From Candidatus Woesearchaeota archaeon (GTDB lineage: Archaea > Nanobdellota > Nanobdellia > Woesearchaeales > JAGWAF01): a stretch of DNA of 51,270 nt. A program made the translations under genes and the position numbers. The notes beneath the pieces were generated by a model that had not been told where the DNA came from, did no database searches, and was given only the letters and a program-made list of their open reading frames with translations. The DNA lies in the NCBI GenBank assembly GCA_018303205.1, contig JAGVYP010000033.1, positions 1 through 51,270 on the forward strand, read 5' to 3'. Below are positions 1 to 9,394 of the stretch, one piece after another. Positions within the stretch are counted from its first letter, which is position 1, and each line of letters starts with the position of its first letter.

Positions 1-1
1 C

Positions 2-943
2 TATGATAATCCACCATTAATAGGAAAAGATAGTCGTCCATTAATATTTTTTATAAGAACTGATAGGATTTCAAGTCATGATGAAAATAGGGGAGAAGTT
101 CCCTTGAAAGGACAGATTCTTGCAGCAAATCACAATTACATGTTAAGGATGTTAGCAAGAATCATGTCTCATGCGCAAATTGATGTGGGATTGCCAGATA
201 ATGCTATTGTTTCTGTACAAGAACAGTTAACACAAATTCCTGTTGAAATGGTCGTAAGAGGATACATGGCTGAAAGTACTACAGATACTTCACTTTTTCA
301 TCATTATGTTAAGCAAGAATTACGTGTATTTTGTGGTCATGAACTTCCCAATGATCTTGTTGCAAACGGTCCTTTACCATATCCGATGGATACACCTTCT
401 TCAAAAGCAGGCAGAGATGTTTCTATGTCTCCGGAAGAACTTTTTGCAGCAGATTTGTGCACACCACAACAATATGCACATCTGAGAGGAAAAGCCTTGT
501 TTGCTTTCGGATTTATTAGTCATCTTGTAGGAGGAATTCGTGTTACAGATCCTTCTTTAGATGTTGGACGTGAAGGATTAATTGCGGTAGATACAAAAAC
601 AGAACATGGTATTGATAGATACGGCCGTATACTTGCACAGGATGAACTTTATACTTTAGATTCTTCTCGCTTTTGGGATAGAAAAGAATATGAAACTCAA
701 TTAGCAGAATTAATAAGAGGAGAAAGGAGAGAATTAAAACCAAGATCTTTCTCAAAAGAATTCGCAAGACAATTCTCCAAAGGTAAAGAGCATTATACTC
801 CAGAACAAGTTATTGAAATTGCAGTAAGATATATCTTGGGTATTCAAGCATTATTAAATAGCGAATTCGTTCCTGATACCAGACCAAGAGATATACAAGT
901 CATATCAGGATTAGAACACGTTGTACAAAGATTAGCAGCATAG
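2..943 (+). CDS. purC: SAICAR synthetase (PurC), 5' end cut by the window edge
   Basis: The frame is open from nt 2. Upstream residues FFIRTDRISSHDENRGEVPLKGQIL match the PurC DRISAFD...IPxKG motif. VVRGYMAES matches RGYxxGS, and DTKTEHG...LDSSRFWD matches the D.K.E.G...D.sR.W block. The TTG at 104 in the ORF track is not the real start. Confidence 0.9.
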   Translation, partial: YDNPPLIGKDSRPLIFFIRTDRISSHDENRGEVPLKGQILAANHNYMLRMLARIMSHAQIDVGLPDNAIVSVQEQLTQIPVEMVVRGYMAESTTDTSLFHHYVKQELRVFCGHELPNDLVANGPLPYPMDTPSSKAGRDVSMSPEELFAADLCTPQQYAHLRGKALFAFGFISHLVGGIRVTDPSLDVGREGLIAVDTKTEHGIDRYGRILAQDELYTLDSSRFWDRKEYETQLAELIRGERRELKPRSFSKEFARQFSKGKEHYTPEQVIEIAVRYILGIQALLNSEFVPDTRPRDIQVISGLEHVVQRLAA

Positions 944-953
944 AGGTAGAAAC

Positions 954-2408
954 ATGGTAACAACTGAAGAGTATGTTGATGAAGTTATTAGGAAAGGAGA
1001 CAAAGGTTCTGCTTTGTTAAGAAAACTTACAGCACCTACGTTGTATTATCGTCCTGATTTAGTCCAAGTCTTAGGAGAAGGAATGAATGAAACAAGTGTG
1101 CTTCGCGTTCCACAAGATCAATGTGTTGTCGTCCATGCAGCAGCAGGAAATCCACAAGAAAAAGATCTTGCTTCTTACACAGCATCGCTTGTTCAACGTT
1201 TAGTACAGCAAGCAAGAGATATGGGTGTTGAACCTGTTGCTTTTTCTGAAGTTGTAGGAACACCCGCCAGTGATCCTGATAAGCTTACTATTATTGGTAA
1301 CACGCTTACAGATGCTTCTTATAGTCATCGTTTAGTTATTTTGAATGGTGAAAACGCTGTTCTTGGAGAAAGAGTTACTGTTGATGCAAACATATCAGGA
1401 GTTATGATAAGCTTAATAGAAAAAAAACGTGTTCATAGTCTTAGATATCACGCAAGAGCAAATCACATAACCATTGCAGTTTTTGATCCCCAAGGAAGAC
1501 CCGTGTATATGAATAATGATGGTGAAGGCACGAAAGCTGAATTTTATGAACGATTAGGAAATTTTAAGGGAAGTATTGATAATCTTTTAGCGATGAATTT
1601 AGATGACACTGCTAAGCTTGGTGCGCGAGCAGAAGTAGTTGCTGCTCTTGTTGAAACACAAGGACGTATACCTGTAAGAAGAATGAGGCATAAACTCAAA
1701 CAAAGAGCGAGAGAGTTAGGAATAACAAGTTTTTTAGTATCAGAAGATTTGAATAGTCGCATACAAAGTTATAAGCCAGGACTTCGAGCTTATAATCTTG
1801 ATGGAGCTGTTGTAAGTACGATAGACGAAGAAAGATTAGCACACCCTTTAATTCCGGAAGAAGGCGATCATCTTTTGGCAATACGAGGAAGACCCAATCC
1901 CAGATCAAATGGGATAAGTAGCAGGAGAGAAATACTTATCCGAAAGCTAGGGTTAGAATGGCATAGAACAGAAGAAGGAAGAGCATTATTAAGATACGTA
2001 TCAGCACCTTCTACGATTCTTTATCCTGTCTTTCGAGCATTAATTGAACAAGGCTTGGCAACAAGCGTATTTCACATGAGTGGTGGCGCATATGAAGGAA
2101 AACTTGCACGACCGCTGGCAAGGCATGGGTTATATGTTGAAATGAGAGGCATTTTTAGTCCAAATCCTAAAGAAGCATTTTTTCTTGAGGGTGTTCCTAA
2201 TGAAGTTGCTTATGCACAATGGCCCATGGGCAATGATGGCTTTGTAACGACAAAAGATCCTGTAAGAAGTGGGGAAGTGATACGATCGCATCGTCTTCAT
2301 GCAGTGCCTGTCGGCATAGTAAGAAGGGATGGGACAAGAACAGGAATTGAGCTTATTGGAATTAAAGCATCAAATGGTGAAAATGTGAAATATTCAGGAA
2401 AATATTGA
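954..2408 (+). CDS. AIR synthetase-like protein (PurM/PurL superfamily) with an extra N-terminal AIRS-type module
   Basis: Residues ~180-484 are collinear with PurM: NNDGEGTK (DGVGTK), LLAMNLDD..LGA, PNPRSNGIS (HSNGYS), HMSGGAY (HxTGGG). Residues ~57-158 repeat the PurM N-domain pattern: MGVEPVAFSEVV (GAEPLFFLDY) and LNGENAVLG (GGETAEMPG). It is 484 aa against ~345 aa for a typical PurM. It sits in the purine operon. Confidence 0.6.
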   Translation: MVTTEEYVDEVIRKGDKGSALLRKLTAPTLYYRPDLVQVLGEGMNETSVLRVPQDQCVVVHAAAGNPQEKDLASYTASLVQRLVQQARDMGVEPVAFSEVVGTPASDPDKLTIIGNTLTDASYSHRLVILNGENAVLGERVTVDANISGVMISLIEKKRVHSLRYHARANHITIAVFDPQGRPVYMNNDGEGTKAEFYERLGNFKGSIDNLLAMNLDDTAKLGARAEVVAALVETQGRIPVRRMRHKLKQRARELGITSFLVSEDLNSRIQSYKPGLRAYNLDGAVVSTIDEERLAHPLIPEEGDHLLAIRGRPNPRSNGISSRREILIRKLGLEWHRTEEGRALLRYVSAPSTILYPVFRALIEQGLATSVFHMSGGAYEGKLARPLARHGLYVEMRGIFSPNPKEAFFLEGVPNEVAYAQWPMGNDGFVTTKDPVRSGEVIRSHRLHAVPVGIVRRDGTRTGIELIGIKASNGENVKYSGKY

Positions 2409-2414
2409 GGAGGA

Positions 2415-3695
2415 ATGAAAATGACAAAGGTATTAGTAATTGGACGTGGTGGAAGAGAACATGCATTAGGTTGGAGATTAGGGAAAGATAAAGAAGGAGA
2501 AGTGTTATACGCACCTGGTAATGCTGGAACTGAAATAGAACCGGAAACAAGAAATGTTGATATTAAAGAAGATGATTTTGATGGATTAACAAGATTAGTA
2601 AAAACAGAAAGTATTGATCTCGTTGTTGTTGGTCCTGAAGGTCCTTTAGCAAATGGATTAGTTGATCATTTTTATGAAAGAGGGATTAGACAAGTCTTTG
2701 GACCAACAAAAGCTGGTGCAAGAATAGAAGCAGATAAGTTTTATTCTTTTGAAGTTATGAGAGAATTAGGAATTCCCCAAGCTCACTCTAGTCCTTGTGA
2801 GGAAGCTAGAGATATAGAAGCAGCTGTCAGAACTCTAGCTTCTGAGAACGGTGTTGTACTCAAAGCAAGAGGTTTACATGGTGGAAAAGGTGTACGAGTG
2901 TATGATTCAGCAGCTCAAGCAATTGATGATATTTTCCCATTTATTAGTGAATTTGGGGATGATGTTTTAGTTTCTGAACGATTATTTGGTGAAGAATTTT
3001 CCGTGTTTGGAATTTCAGATGGAACAAATGTTCATCTTCTTCCTGTTGGAATTCAGGATCATAAAAGGTTAAGAGAAAATGATCAAGGACCAAATACAGG
3101 AGGCATGGGTGCATATGGACCTGCAAGTGTTGCTGATTTACAAACCTTAGAATCTGTTCGTGATGATGTTATGATTCCTGTTGTACAATGCATGAATGAC
3201 AGAGGAACGCCTTATATTGGTTTCTTCTATGCTGGAATGATGATGACCAAAGAAGGTCCTAAAGCTTTAGAATTTAATTGCAGATTAGGAGATCCTGAAA
3301 CACAAGTTCTTATGATGTTATTAGAAGGAGATCTTTATCGCGCATTGTCTTCTGCTGTACAGGACGATATTTCTTCTCTTGACCTGAGCATTCGGGAAGG
3401 CGCTGCTTTAGGAGTTGTACTTGCATCGCAAGGTTATCCTGGAAAACCTGTAACTGGAAAAAGAATTTATGGATTAGGTGATATAAAAGATCCGAATGTG
3501 AAGGTATTTCACATGGGAACAAAAGTTGAAGAAGGAAATTTAGTAACCGGTGGTGGAAGAGTGCTTTGCGTAACAGCATATGGAGTAAATTTAGGAGAAG
3601 CACGGAAAAGAGCATACCAGGCTGCAGGAGAAGTTAAATTTGACGATATGCAATACAGAATAGACATCGGAGCAAAAGCATTAAGAGGAAATTAA
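2415..3695 (+). CDS. purD: Phosphoribosylamine-glycine ligase (GAR synthetase, PurD)
   Basis: KVLVIGRGGREHALGWRL is the classic PurD N-terminus. It has an ATP-grasp core (EEFSVFGISDG, GPNTGGMGAY) and the C-terminal GGRVL block. GGAGG precedes the ATG. Confidence 0.95.
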   Translation: MKMTKVLVIGRGGREHALGWRLGKDKEGEVLYAPGNAGTEIEPETRNVDIKEDDFDGLTRLVKTESIDLVVVGPEGPLANGLVDHFYERGIRQVFGPTKAGARIEADKFYSFEVMRELGIPQAHSSPCEEARDIEAAVRTLASENGVVLKARGLHGGKGVRVYDSAAQAIDDIFPFISEFGDDVLVSERLFGEEFSVFGISDGTNVHLLPVGIQDHKRLRENDQGPNTGGMGAYGPASVADLQTLESVRDDVMIPVVQCMNDRGTPYIGFFYAGMMMTKEGPKALEFNCRLGDPETQVLMMLLEGDLYRALSSAVQDDISSLDLSIREGAALGVVLASQGYPGKPVTGKRIYGLGDIKDPNVKVFHMGTKVEEGNLVTGGGRVLCVTAYGVNLGEARKRAYQAAGEVKFDDMQYRIDIGAKALRGN

Positions 3696-3698
3696 AAC

Positions 3699-4595
3699 AT
3701 GTCAATTGATCTAACAGTAGCAGAAGAAAATTTCACAAGAATTTACACGCCAGTAGATGGTAAAGTCATGCATACTTTAGTTTTTGCTTCTGGCAGCGGA
3801 ACAAATTTTGAACAAGGAGTTTTAGAATCAAGAGAACCAGAGAGTAACTTTGATATTGGTTTATTAGTTACAGATAAAGAAAGAAGTAGAGGAAAAAGAA
3901 TTGGTGCTTTAACTCTTGCACAACAATTTAGTATTGATGCAATTACTTTAGACGGATTTAAAGCTTGTGGAAATTGGAAAGAAGCACAAAAATCAGAAAA
4001 AGGAAGAGCAGAATATCAAATAAAGATGAAAGTTTTTAATGAATTATTACTAGAAAAAATCCATGCGTATGAAAGAGAACATGGCTTTACTTTTGATCTT
4101 GCAGTATTAGCAGGATATATGCGTTGGGTAAAAGATCCTTTATTAGCATATTTCAGAAACAGAATGATCAATGTGCATCCTGCACGATTAGATGTTTTTA
4201 GAGAAGGTGAACCTTATCAGAGAAGATTTGTCGGTGGAAATGCAGTGTATGATGCTTTACGCACGGGAGAAACTTCAACAAGATCTTCTGTAATCATGGT
4301 TGCTGATGGAGAGGATAGCGGTGCAGTACTCGCTTCTGGTCCTTGGGTTCTTTACACAGGACAACTTCCTGTAACACAAGAACGTGCTGATCAACACCAA
4401 GACAAACAAAAAAGAGAAAGTGATCACCCTACCTTGCGTTTTGTTTTGAGAGCAATCGCTCGTGGAGAAATAGGATTGCACAGAACATTAACTTATCCTG
4501 ATGGCAATCCTTTAGTAGTGTATAAAAATCAATTACAAGGTTATCAAGGTGTTGACTTAGCACAAAGACCTGAATTATTAAGGAGGGTAGGATAA
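3699..4595 (+). CDS. purN: GAR formyltransferase-like (PurN family), with insertions
   Basis: Formyl_trans_N landmarks are present: LVFASGSGTNFEQ, DLAVLAGYMRWV, and MINVHPARL (the N-x-H of the NiHPSLLP motif), followed by VADGEDSGAVL. It is longer than a typical PurN (298 vs ~200 aa). Confidence 0.75.
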   Translation: MSIDLTVAEENFTRIYTPVDGKVMHTLVFASGSGTNFEQGVLESREPESNFDIGLLVTDKERSRGKRIGALTLAQQFSIDAITLDGFKACGNWKEAQKSEKGRAEYQIKMKVFNELLLEKIHAYEREHGFTFDLAVLAGYMRWVKDPLLAYFRNRMINVHPARLDVFREGEPYQRRFVGGNAVYDALRTGETSTRSSVIMVADGEDSGAVLASGPWVLYTGQLPVTQERADQHQDKQKRESDHPTLRFVLRAIARGEIGLHRTLTYPDGNPLVVYKNQLQGYQGVDLAQRPELLRRVG

Positions 4596-4597
4596 CT

Positions 4598-5581
4598 ATG
4601 AAACTACATCTACTCACTGGTTCAACAAATGATTGGGAAAAAATACATCCTGGTCTAGTCCAGTTTACGACAGATTTTCCAGATCTTGTTGTTCAAGTGT
4701 ATTTTGCTTCTGCTGATAATGGTCCTGAGAAAGTCGATATGGCTCTGATAAAGATATTTATTGAAACAGACGCTCCAAGAGTGTTATCAAGCGGAGCTGG
4801 GATGGCAAATATATTAACAGGAGTTGTTAAACAATCTGCAGAGCTGAGTGATCTAGTTTTAGGAATGCCTATCTCCGATTCAATGTTTGCAGGATTATCA
4901 AGTTTTCTTTCAACTTCAGAAAAACCTCCAAGAAATGCAGTGTTAACAGTTCCCATCGATCAATCCTATACCGCTGCAAATGTTGCAAGAAAATTTTTAT
5001 TACCCCAAGAAAGAAGAATTGTTGTTGTGCAAGATCTCTATGAAGGTGAAAAAGAAAGAAGATATCAAAGAGAAGTTGCAGCAAACGTTGGAGCAGAATT
5101 AAAAAGATATCAACTTGAATTTTCATTATTGCCTTCCTCTGCAATAAGCTCAGATGATCTTGTCATAACACCCTTCTGCCTTTCACCTGAAAATCCGGGA
5201 TACTTGACAGCATACGCAACTGCAAATCAAAGAGCAGTACAAGCTATTGATACAAGACTATCTCAAGGTACAGGAATACAGATAGCTGTAAAAGATACAA
5301 GTCGGGTATTATATCCTGGAAATAAACAACTATCTCCTGAACAAGAAGATAATCAATCAAGAGCAATAACTGCATATCATCACTTAGTAAGTCTTCCCTT
5401 ACCATCAACAGGATTTACCAGTGCCGGATGGTACGTCAATGCAGCGCAACTTGCAGCAGTGCTCGCAAGAAATCAAACTGCCCTAGCACAATTCGGAACT
5501 GAAAAAACAAGAAAAGCAGTAGAGTTAGCTGCACATCCGGGATATCTGGTACAAGCAGGAAGAGTAATACAACTATCATAG
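4598..5581 (+). CDS. PurE-like (AIR carboxylase/N5-CAIR mutase fold) protein, apparently a tandem duplication, with the conserved His residues replaced
   Basis: The N-half aligns to PurE: GSTNDW (GSxSDW), ASADNGPEK (SAHRtPd), SGAGMANILTG (AGAGGAAHLPG), LGMPI (GVPV), GLSSFLS...PPRNAVLT (G.DSL.S.VQMP.G.PV.T). The C-half (~140-327) again ends with a PurE-like helix, GFTSAGWYVNAAQLAAVLA. Confidence 0.55.
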   Translation: MKLHLLTGSTNDWEKIHPGLVQFTTDFPDLVVQVYFASADNGPEKVDMALIKIFIETDAPRVLSSGAGMANILTGVVKQSAELSDLVLGMPISDSMFAGLSSFLSTSEKPPRNAVLTVPIDQSYTAANVARKFLLPQERRIVVVQDLYEGEKERRYQREVAANVGAELKRYQLEFSLLPSSAISSDDLVITPFCLSPENPGYLTAYATANQRAVQAIDTRLSQGTGIQIAVKDTSRVLYPGNKQLSPEQEDNQSRAITAYHHLVSLPLPSTGFTSAGWYVNAAQLAAVLARNQTALAQFGTEKTRKAVELAAHPGYLVQAGRVIQLS

Positions 5582-5779
5582 TTTTTTATGTTTGTTGCTA
5601 ACATATTTATTATATAGTTACTTACATAATAGTATGGTAATATTTACATGAAAAGGTAAGGAAAATATTTATCATACTTTAAACTCTTATTTTTACTCAG
5701 TATTAATGACAACAACCAAAAAGAAAGTCTTAAAAGCCTATCAAGACTGCATAAAAAGAGGTAGAGGGAGGGAAGAACA

Positions 5780-6568
5780 ATGACAATAAGAGAAATTCAA
5801 CATGAAATTGATGATTCAATACCTGTAGAAAATGTATTGATCTCTGTTTTTGACAAAACTAATTTGGGAGAATTGGCAAATGGATTACTTGAAATAAATC
5901 CTGGTCTCAGAATTTTTTCTACAGGAGGAACATATATCGCATTAAGAGATAAAATTTTATCTCCAGACCAACAAGGATCTTTAATTACTGTTGAAGAATA
6001 TACAGATCTTCCTGAAATAGAAGGTGGTTTAGTAAAAACATTACATCCTTTGTTGCACACAGGATTATTAGGAGAGCGACATAATCCTGCACATCAAGCA
6101 TATTTACAAAGATTAAGTAGAAGAGTAACCTTATTTGGTCCTGATGGACAACCTGTAACTAATCCAGAACCTGGACAAAATTATACAGCAACAGTAACAC
6201 AAGGAAATGGCGTCTTCTTTGATTTAGTTGTTGTTAATTTATATCCTTTTGAAAGTGTATCTGTTGAACCAGGAGCGACATTTGAATCATCAAGAGGAAA
6301 CATTGATATTGGTGGACCAGCAATGTTGCGTGCAGCAGCTAAGAACTTTTTAAGTGCTGCACCTTTTATTGATCCAAAACGTTATGGAGAATTATTAGCT
6401 CATATAAGAGAAAATAGAGGTAGTACTCGTTTTGACTATAGAAGACAACTTGCAGGAGAAGTATTTGAGTTAACAGGTGGTTATGATACAGCAATTTCTG
6501 CTTGGTGGAAAACTCAAACTCCTGAAGCTGCAAGAGCAAGATACACTTTTGCTCAAAGAGGTGCATGA
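5780..6568 (+). CDS. purH: IMP cyclohydrolase domain of PurH (MGS-like), encoded as a separate ORF
   Basis: VLISVFDKTNL, STGGTYIAL, GGLVKTLHPLLHTGLL, FDLVVVNLYPF and NIDIGGPAMLRAAAKNF are all PurH N-domain signatures. The ORF ends at the TGA at 6566-6568. Confidence 0.9.
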   Translation: MTIREIQHEIDDSIPVENVLISVFDKTNLGELANGLLEINPGLRIFSTGGTYIALRDKILSPDQQGSLITVEEYTDLPEIEGGLVKTLHPLLHTGLLGERHNPAHQAYLQRLSRRVTLFGPDGQPVTNPEPGQNYTATVTQGNGVFFDLVVVNLYPFESVSVEPGATFESSRGNIDIGGPAMLRAAAKNFLSAAPFIDPKRYGELLAHIRENRGSTRFDYRRQLAGEVFELTGGYDTAISAWWKTQTPEAARARYTFAQRGA

Positions 6569-6571
6569 ACC

Positions 6572-7939
6572 ATGGCAGACTTTCCCGATGAAATAAGAGT
6601 AACATGGAGAAAATCACATAAATTGCGTGGGGGAGAGAATGGTCATCAAGGCGCAGCTGATTACGAAAGAGTTGCTACGCCTGAAGATAAAAGATCAATC
6701 GGAATGATGGATCTTCCTAATTTGGGAAGTGCTCCTCCAGAAAGTTACAGTGCTACCAATCTTGAAGATGGACAATCACTTCTCCATCTAGTGACCCACG
6801 CTGAACAAGAGATGAGAACTTATTTTGCTGGAAGAAGAACTCCTCAGCTAGTAGCAAATGCAAAACACGGAAGACCTGTAGTTACAGGATTTGCAGAAAC
6901 ACAAGCAGATGCATTCATAAAAATGTTTTTAGGTGATGCAGATTCTCCTTTTGGTGGATGGTTTGTTTTTAACAGTCCTGTGGAATATGCAACTGCTGAA
7001 CTTTTAAAATCCATGATGTTTGTAGGCATTATTGCTCCTGGATATCATGACGACGTAGCAGGACTCTTATTAGGAACAGACAAAACAAAAGATCCCCGAA
7101 ATAGAAGCGGTCATGCTGGTCGTTATTTGTTAAATTCAACAGGACTTACCTTAGACCATATCACAGGAAACTTCGGAGGACAACCAAGATTTATCGGAAG
7201 TGACAAGCTTCTTGTACAAGACTGGGACCACACACCATGGAATCCGAGAACAGATGCTGTTATTGCTGCAGGAAATTCTGGCATTGAAAATATGGTTACT
7301 TTAGGACAAGGCACTCTTGATAACTTGTTTCTTTCTGGCTTAATGGCAAGACATTATAATTCCAATCTTGTCTTTTTCTGGTATGACGGAGCATTAGTAG
7401 GATTAGGCGATGGTTGCGGTTCAAGAGTGAAAGCAGCAAAAAAAGCAAGAGAAGGAATGGAAACATCACCTTTCGGAGCATGGACTTACGGAACTGATGA
7501 TGCTTGGAAAAGAGTACTAGAAGGAAGACCATTTACAAGAGAACAATTTGAAAGAGTTTTACGCAGTGGAAGAAAACTTATAGCTTTTTCTGACGCATTT
7601 TATCCCCATCCTGACGGTTATATTGAAACAACAGGAAGGGACAGAACAGACTTTCCAGAAGGTAAAGTTACACTTCATACAAAAAAAGGTGCGGAAACAC
7701 CATTCTGGTTAAGTAGAGTAAATTATAATGCAGAATATCCAAGACAACTTATTCCACAAATTGTTGTACAACCCGGAGGATCTGATAAAGACTATCAAAC
7801 CTTAGCATTAGCAGATCAATTTGGAATCCCCCTGGTCTTTACCATGAATCCAGAACAGTTTGCAAGATATAAATCTGTTACTGAAGGTGGGAAATTACCA
7901 ACAGGAAGAAGATTCTTTGGACACCCACCCTTGTTTTGA
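6572..7939 (+). CDS. purH: AICAR formyltransferase domain of PurH, encoded as a separate ORF
   Basis: LRGGENGHQ (LRYGENPHQ), AKHGRPV (KH.nPCG), DADSPFGGWFVFN (D..SAFGGi.a.N), SNLVFF..DGALVGLGDGCGSRV (KSNAI...GiGaGQ.SRV), FSDAFYPHPDG, VQPGGSDKD and RRFFGH. It is in the same reading frame as the upstream ORF. Confidence 0.9.
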   Translation: MADFPDEIRVTWRKSHKLRGGENGHQGAADYERVATPEDKRSIGMMDLPNLGSAPPESYSATNLEDGQSLLHLVTHAEQEMRTYFAGRRTPQLVANAKHGRPVVTGFAETQADAFIKMFLGDADSPFGGWFVFNSPVEYATAELLKSMMFVGIIAPGYHDDVAGLLLGTDKTKDPRNRSGHAGRYLLNSTGLTLDHITGNFGGQPRFIGSDKLLVQDWDHTPWNPRTDAVIAAGNSGIENMVTLGQGTLDNLFLSGLMARHYNSNLVFFWYDGALVGLGDGCGSRVKAAKKAREGMETSPFGAWTYGTDDAWKRVLEGRPFTREQFERVLRSGRKLIAFSDAFYPHPDGYIETTGRDRTDFPEGKVTLHTKKGAETPFWLSRVNYNAEYPRQLIPQIVVQPGGSDKDYQTLALADQFGIPLVFTMNPEQFARYKSVTEGGKLPTGRRFFGHPPLF

Positions 7940-7951
7940 AGGAGGAAAAAA

Positions 7952-9379
7952 ATGCAACCATCTGGTTTAAGCGCGGAAGAATTGTTTAAAAGAGGTTTAG
8001 GGATTACCTATCTTGATTTTTCTGTTTTAGACACATTCAAGACAAGTATACCTAGAACTTCTATAGATCTTTCTACTGATTTAGGCAAAGGAGTGAAATT
8101 AGCAACGCCGATTATTGCTTCTCCTATGGATACAGTAACGAATGCAGAATTATGCATCGCTTTGGCTGAAGAAGGAGGCATTGGTGTATTGCATTTTAAT
8201 CACAAAAAACCTGATGGAAGCAAAGACCTTGAAGCGCAAATGTTGGAAATAGAAAGAGTGAAGCGCTCTCAAAGCGGTTTTATTGAAAATCCTGTTACAG
8301 TTGCTCCACATCATACGATTAGAGAAGCTGTAGAAATAGGAACAAGATATAAAGTTGGCAATTCACGTATAGATACTTTTCCTGTTACAGAAGATGGAAA
8401 AAGTGATGGAAAACTTGTTGGTTTACTGAGAAAACAAGATTATTCTCCTGTTCAACATACAGGTATGCGTGTGGGTGATCGCATGCTTCATATGGGCAAA
8501 CTTACATACGGCAATTGGCCATTAACTTTAGAAAGAGCAAATCAAATTCTTTGGGACGAGCACATACCATCTTTACCGATTGTTGATGAACACGGACATT
8601 TGAAATATTTAGTTACAAGAAAAGATATTGATAAAGGTGAACAATTTCCACTTGCAACAAAAGATGAAAAAGGAAGATTAAGAGTTTTATTTTCAGTAAG
8701 CACACATGATGATGATCGTGTACGTGTAGAAGCAGGTTTTGCTGCCGGAGCTGATGGTGTTGTTATTGATACTTCACAAGGTTTTACAATATATGAAGAA
8801 CAAACAATCTTATATATTATACAAAATCATCCTGATAAACTAGTATTAGGGGGAAATATTTCTACTCCTGAAGCTGCCATCTTTTTATCAGATCTTCATT
8901 CAGATTCATATCGTAATGGTCAAGGTTCAGGTTCTATTTGTACGACTGCAGGAGCTCTTGGCATTTCAAGAGCAGGAGCAGCAGGAGTATATAATTGTGC
9001 ACGTGAATTAAAAGGAACAAATCTTAGGACCATTGCAGATGGCGGACTCAGAGAAGTGGGAGATATTCTCAAAGCAATAGCAAGCGGTGCTCATGCAGTA
9101 ATGTTAGGAAACATGTTAGCAGGATGTGATGAAGGACCAGGAGAAGTAGTTATACATGAATCAGGAAAACCTGTTAAAGAATATCGTGGCATGGGTTCAA
9201 AAGAAGCAAATGTGGGTGGAATAAGAGGATATTCAAGATTACCTCAAGGTGTGAAAGGTCAAGTTCCTTATCGTGGAAGTATTCATACATGGATTCCATT
9301 AATTAGAGATGGTTTGCTTTCAGCATTCCATGTACTTAATTGCCAAAATCAGCAATCAGGAATTCATGATTTAGTATAG
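7952..9379 (+). CDS. guaB: IMP dehydrogenase (GuaB)
   Basis: LTYxD-like start (GITYLDFSVL), PIIASPMDTVT, a CBS-pair insert, the catalytic loop GQGSGSICTT, and IADGGLREVGDILKAIASGAHAVMLGNMLAG. AGGAGG precedes the ATG. Confidence 0.93.
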   Translation: MQPSGLSAEELFKRGLGITYLDFSVLDTFKTSIPRTSIDLSTDLGKGVKLATPIIASPMDTVTNAELCIALAEEGGIGVLHFNHKKPDGSKDLEAQMLEIERVKRSQSGFIENPVTVAPHHTIREAVEIGTRYKVGNSRIDTFPVTEDGKSDGKLVGLLRKQDYSPVQHTGMRVGDRMLHMGKLTYGNWPLTLERANQILWDEHIPSLPIVDEHGHLKYLVTRKDIDKGEQFPLATKDEKGRLRVLFSVSTHDDDRVRVEAGFAAGADGVVIDTSQGFTIYEEQTILYIIQNHPDKLVLGGNISTPEAAIFLSDLHSDSYRNGQGSGSICTTAGALGISRAGAAGVYNCARELKGTNLRTIADGGLREVGDILKAIASGAHAVMLGNMLAGCDEGPGEVVIHESGKPVKEYRGMGSKEANVGGIRGYSRLPQGVKGQVPYRGSIHTWIPLIRDGLLSAFHVLNCQNQQSGIHDLV

Positions 9380-9394
9380 TGGGGTTGACAATTC

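Noticed and set aside
5582-5779. The 198-nt gap upstream of purH as a purine or ZTP (pfl) riboswitch.
   Set aside because: The sequence is extremely AT-rich. It has none of the conserved purine-riboswitch junction or ZTP GGGUCGUGAC/CCGCCUGGGCA-type segments. It looks like an internal promoter (TATA-like runs).
6566-6568. Possible TGA recoding (genetic code 4/25-like, or selenocysteine) as the explanation for the in-frame stop inside purH.
   Set aside because: TGA clearly terminates other genes in the same operon: 2406-2408 and 7937-7939 are each followed by GGAGG and the next ATG. I saw no SECIS-like hairpin downstream.
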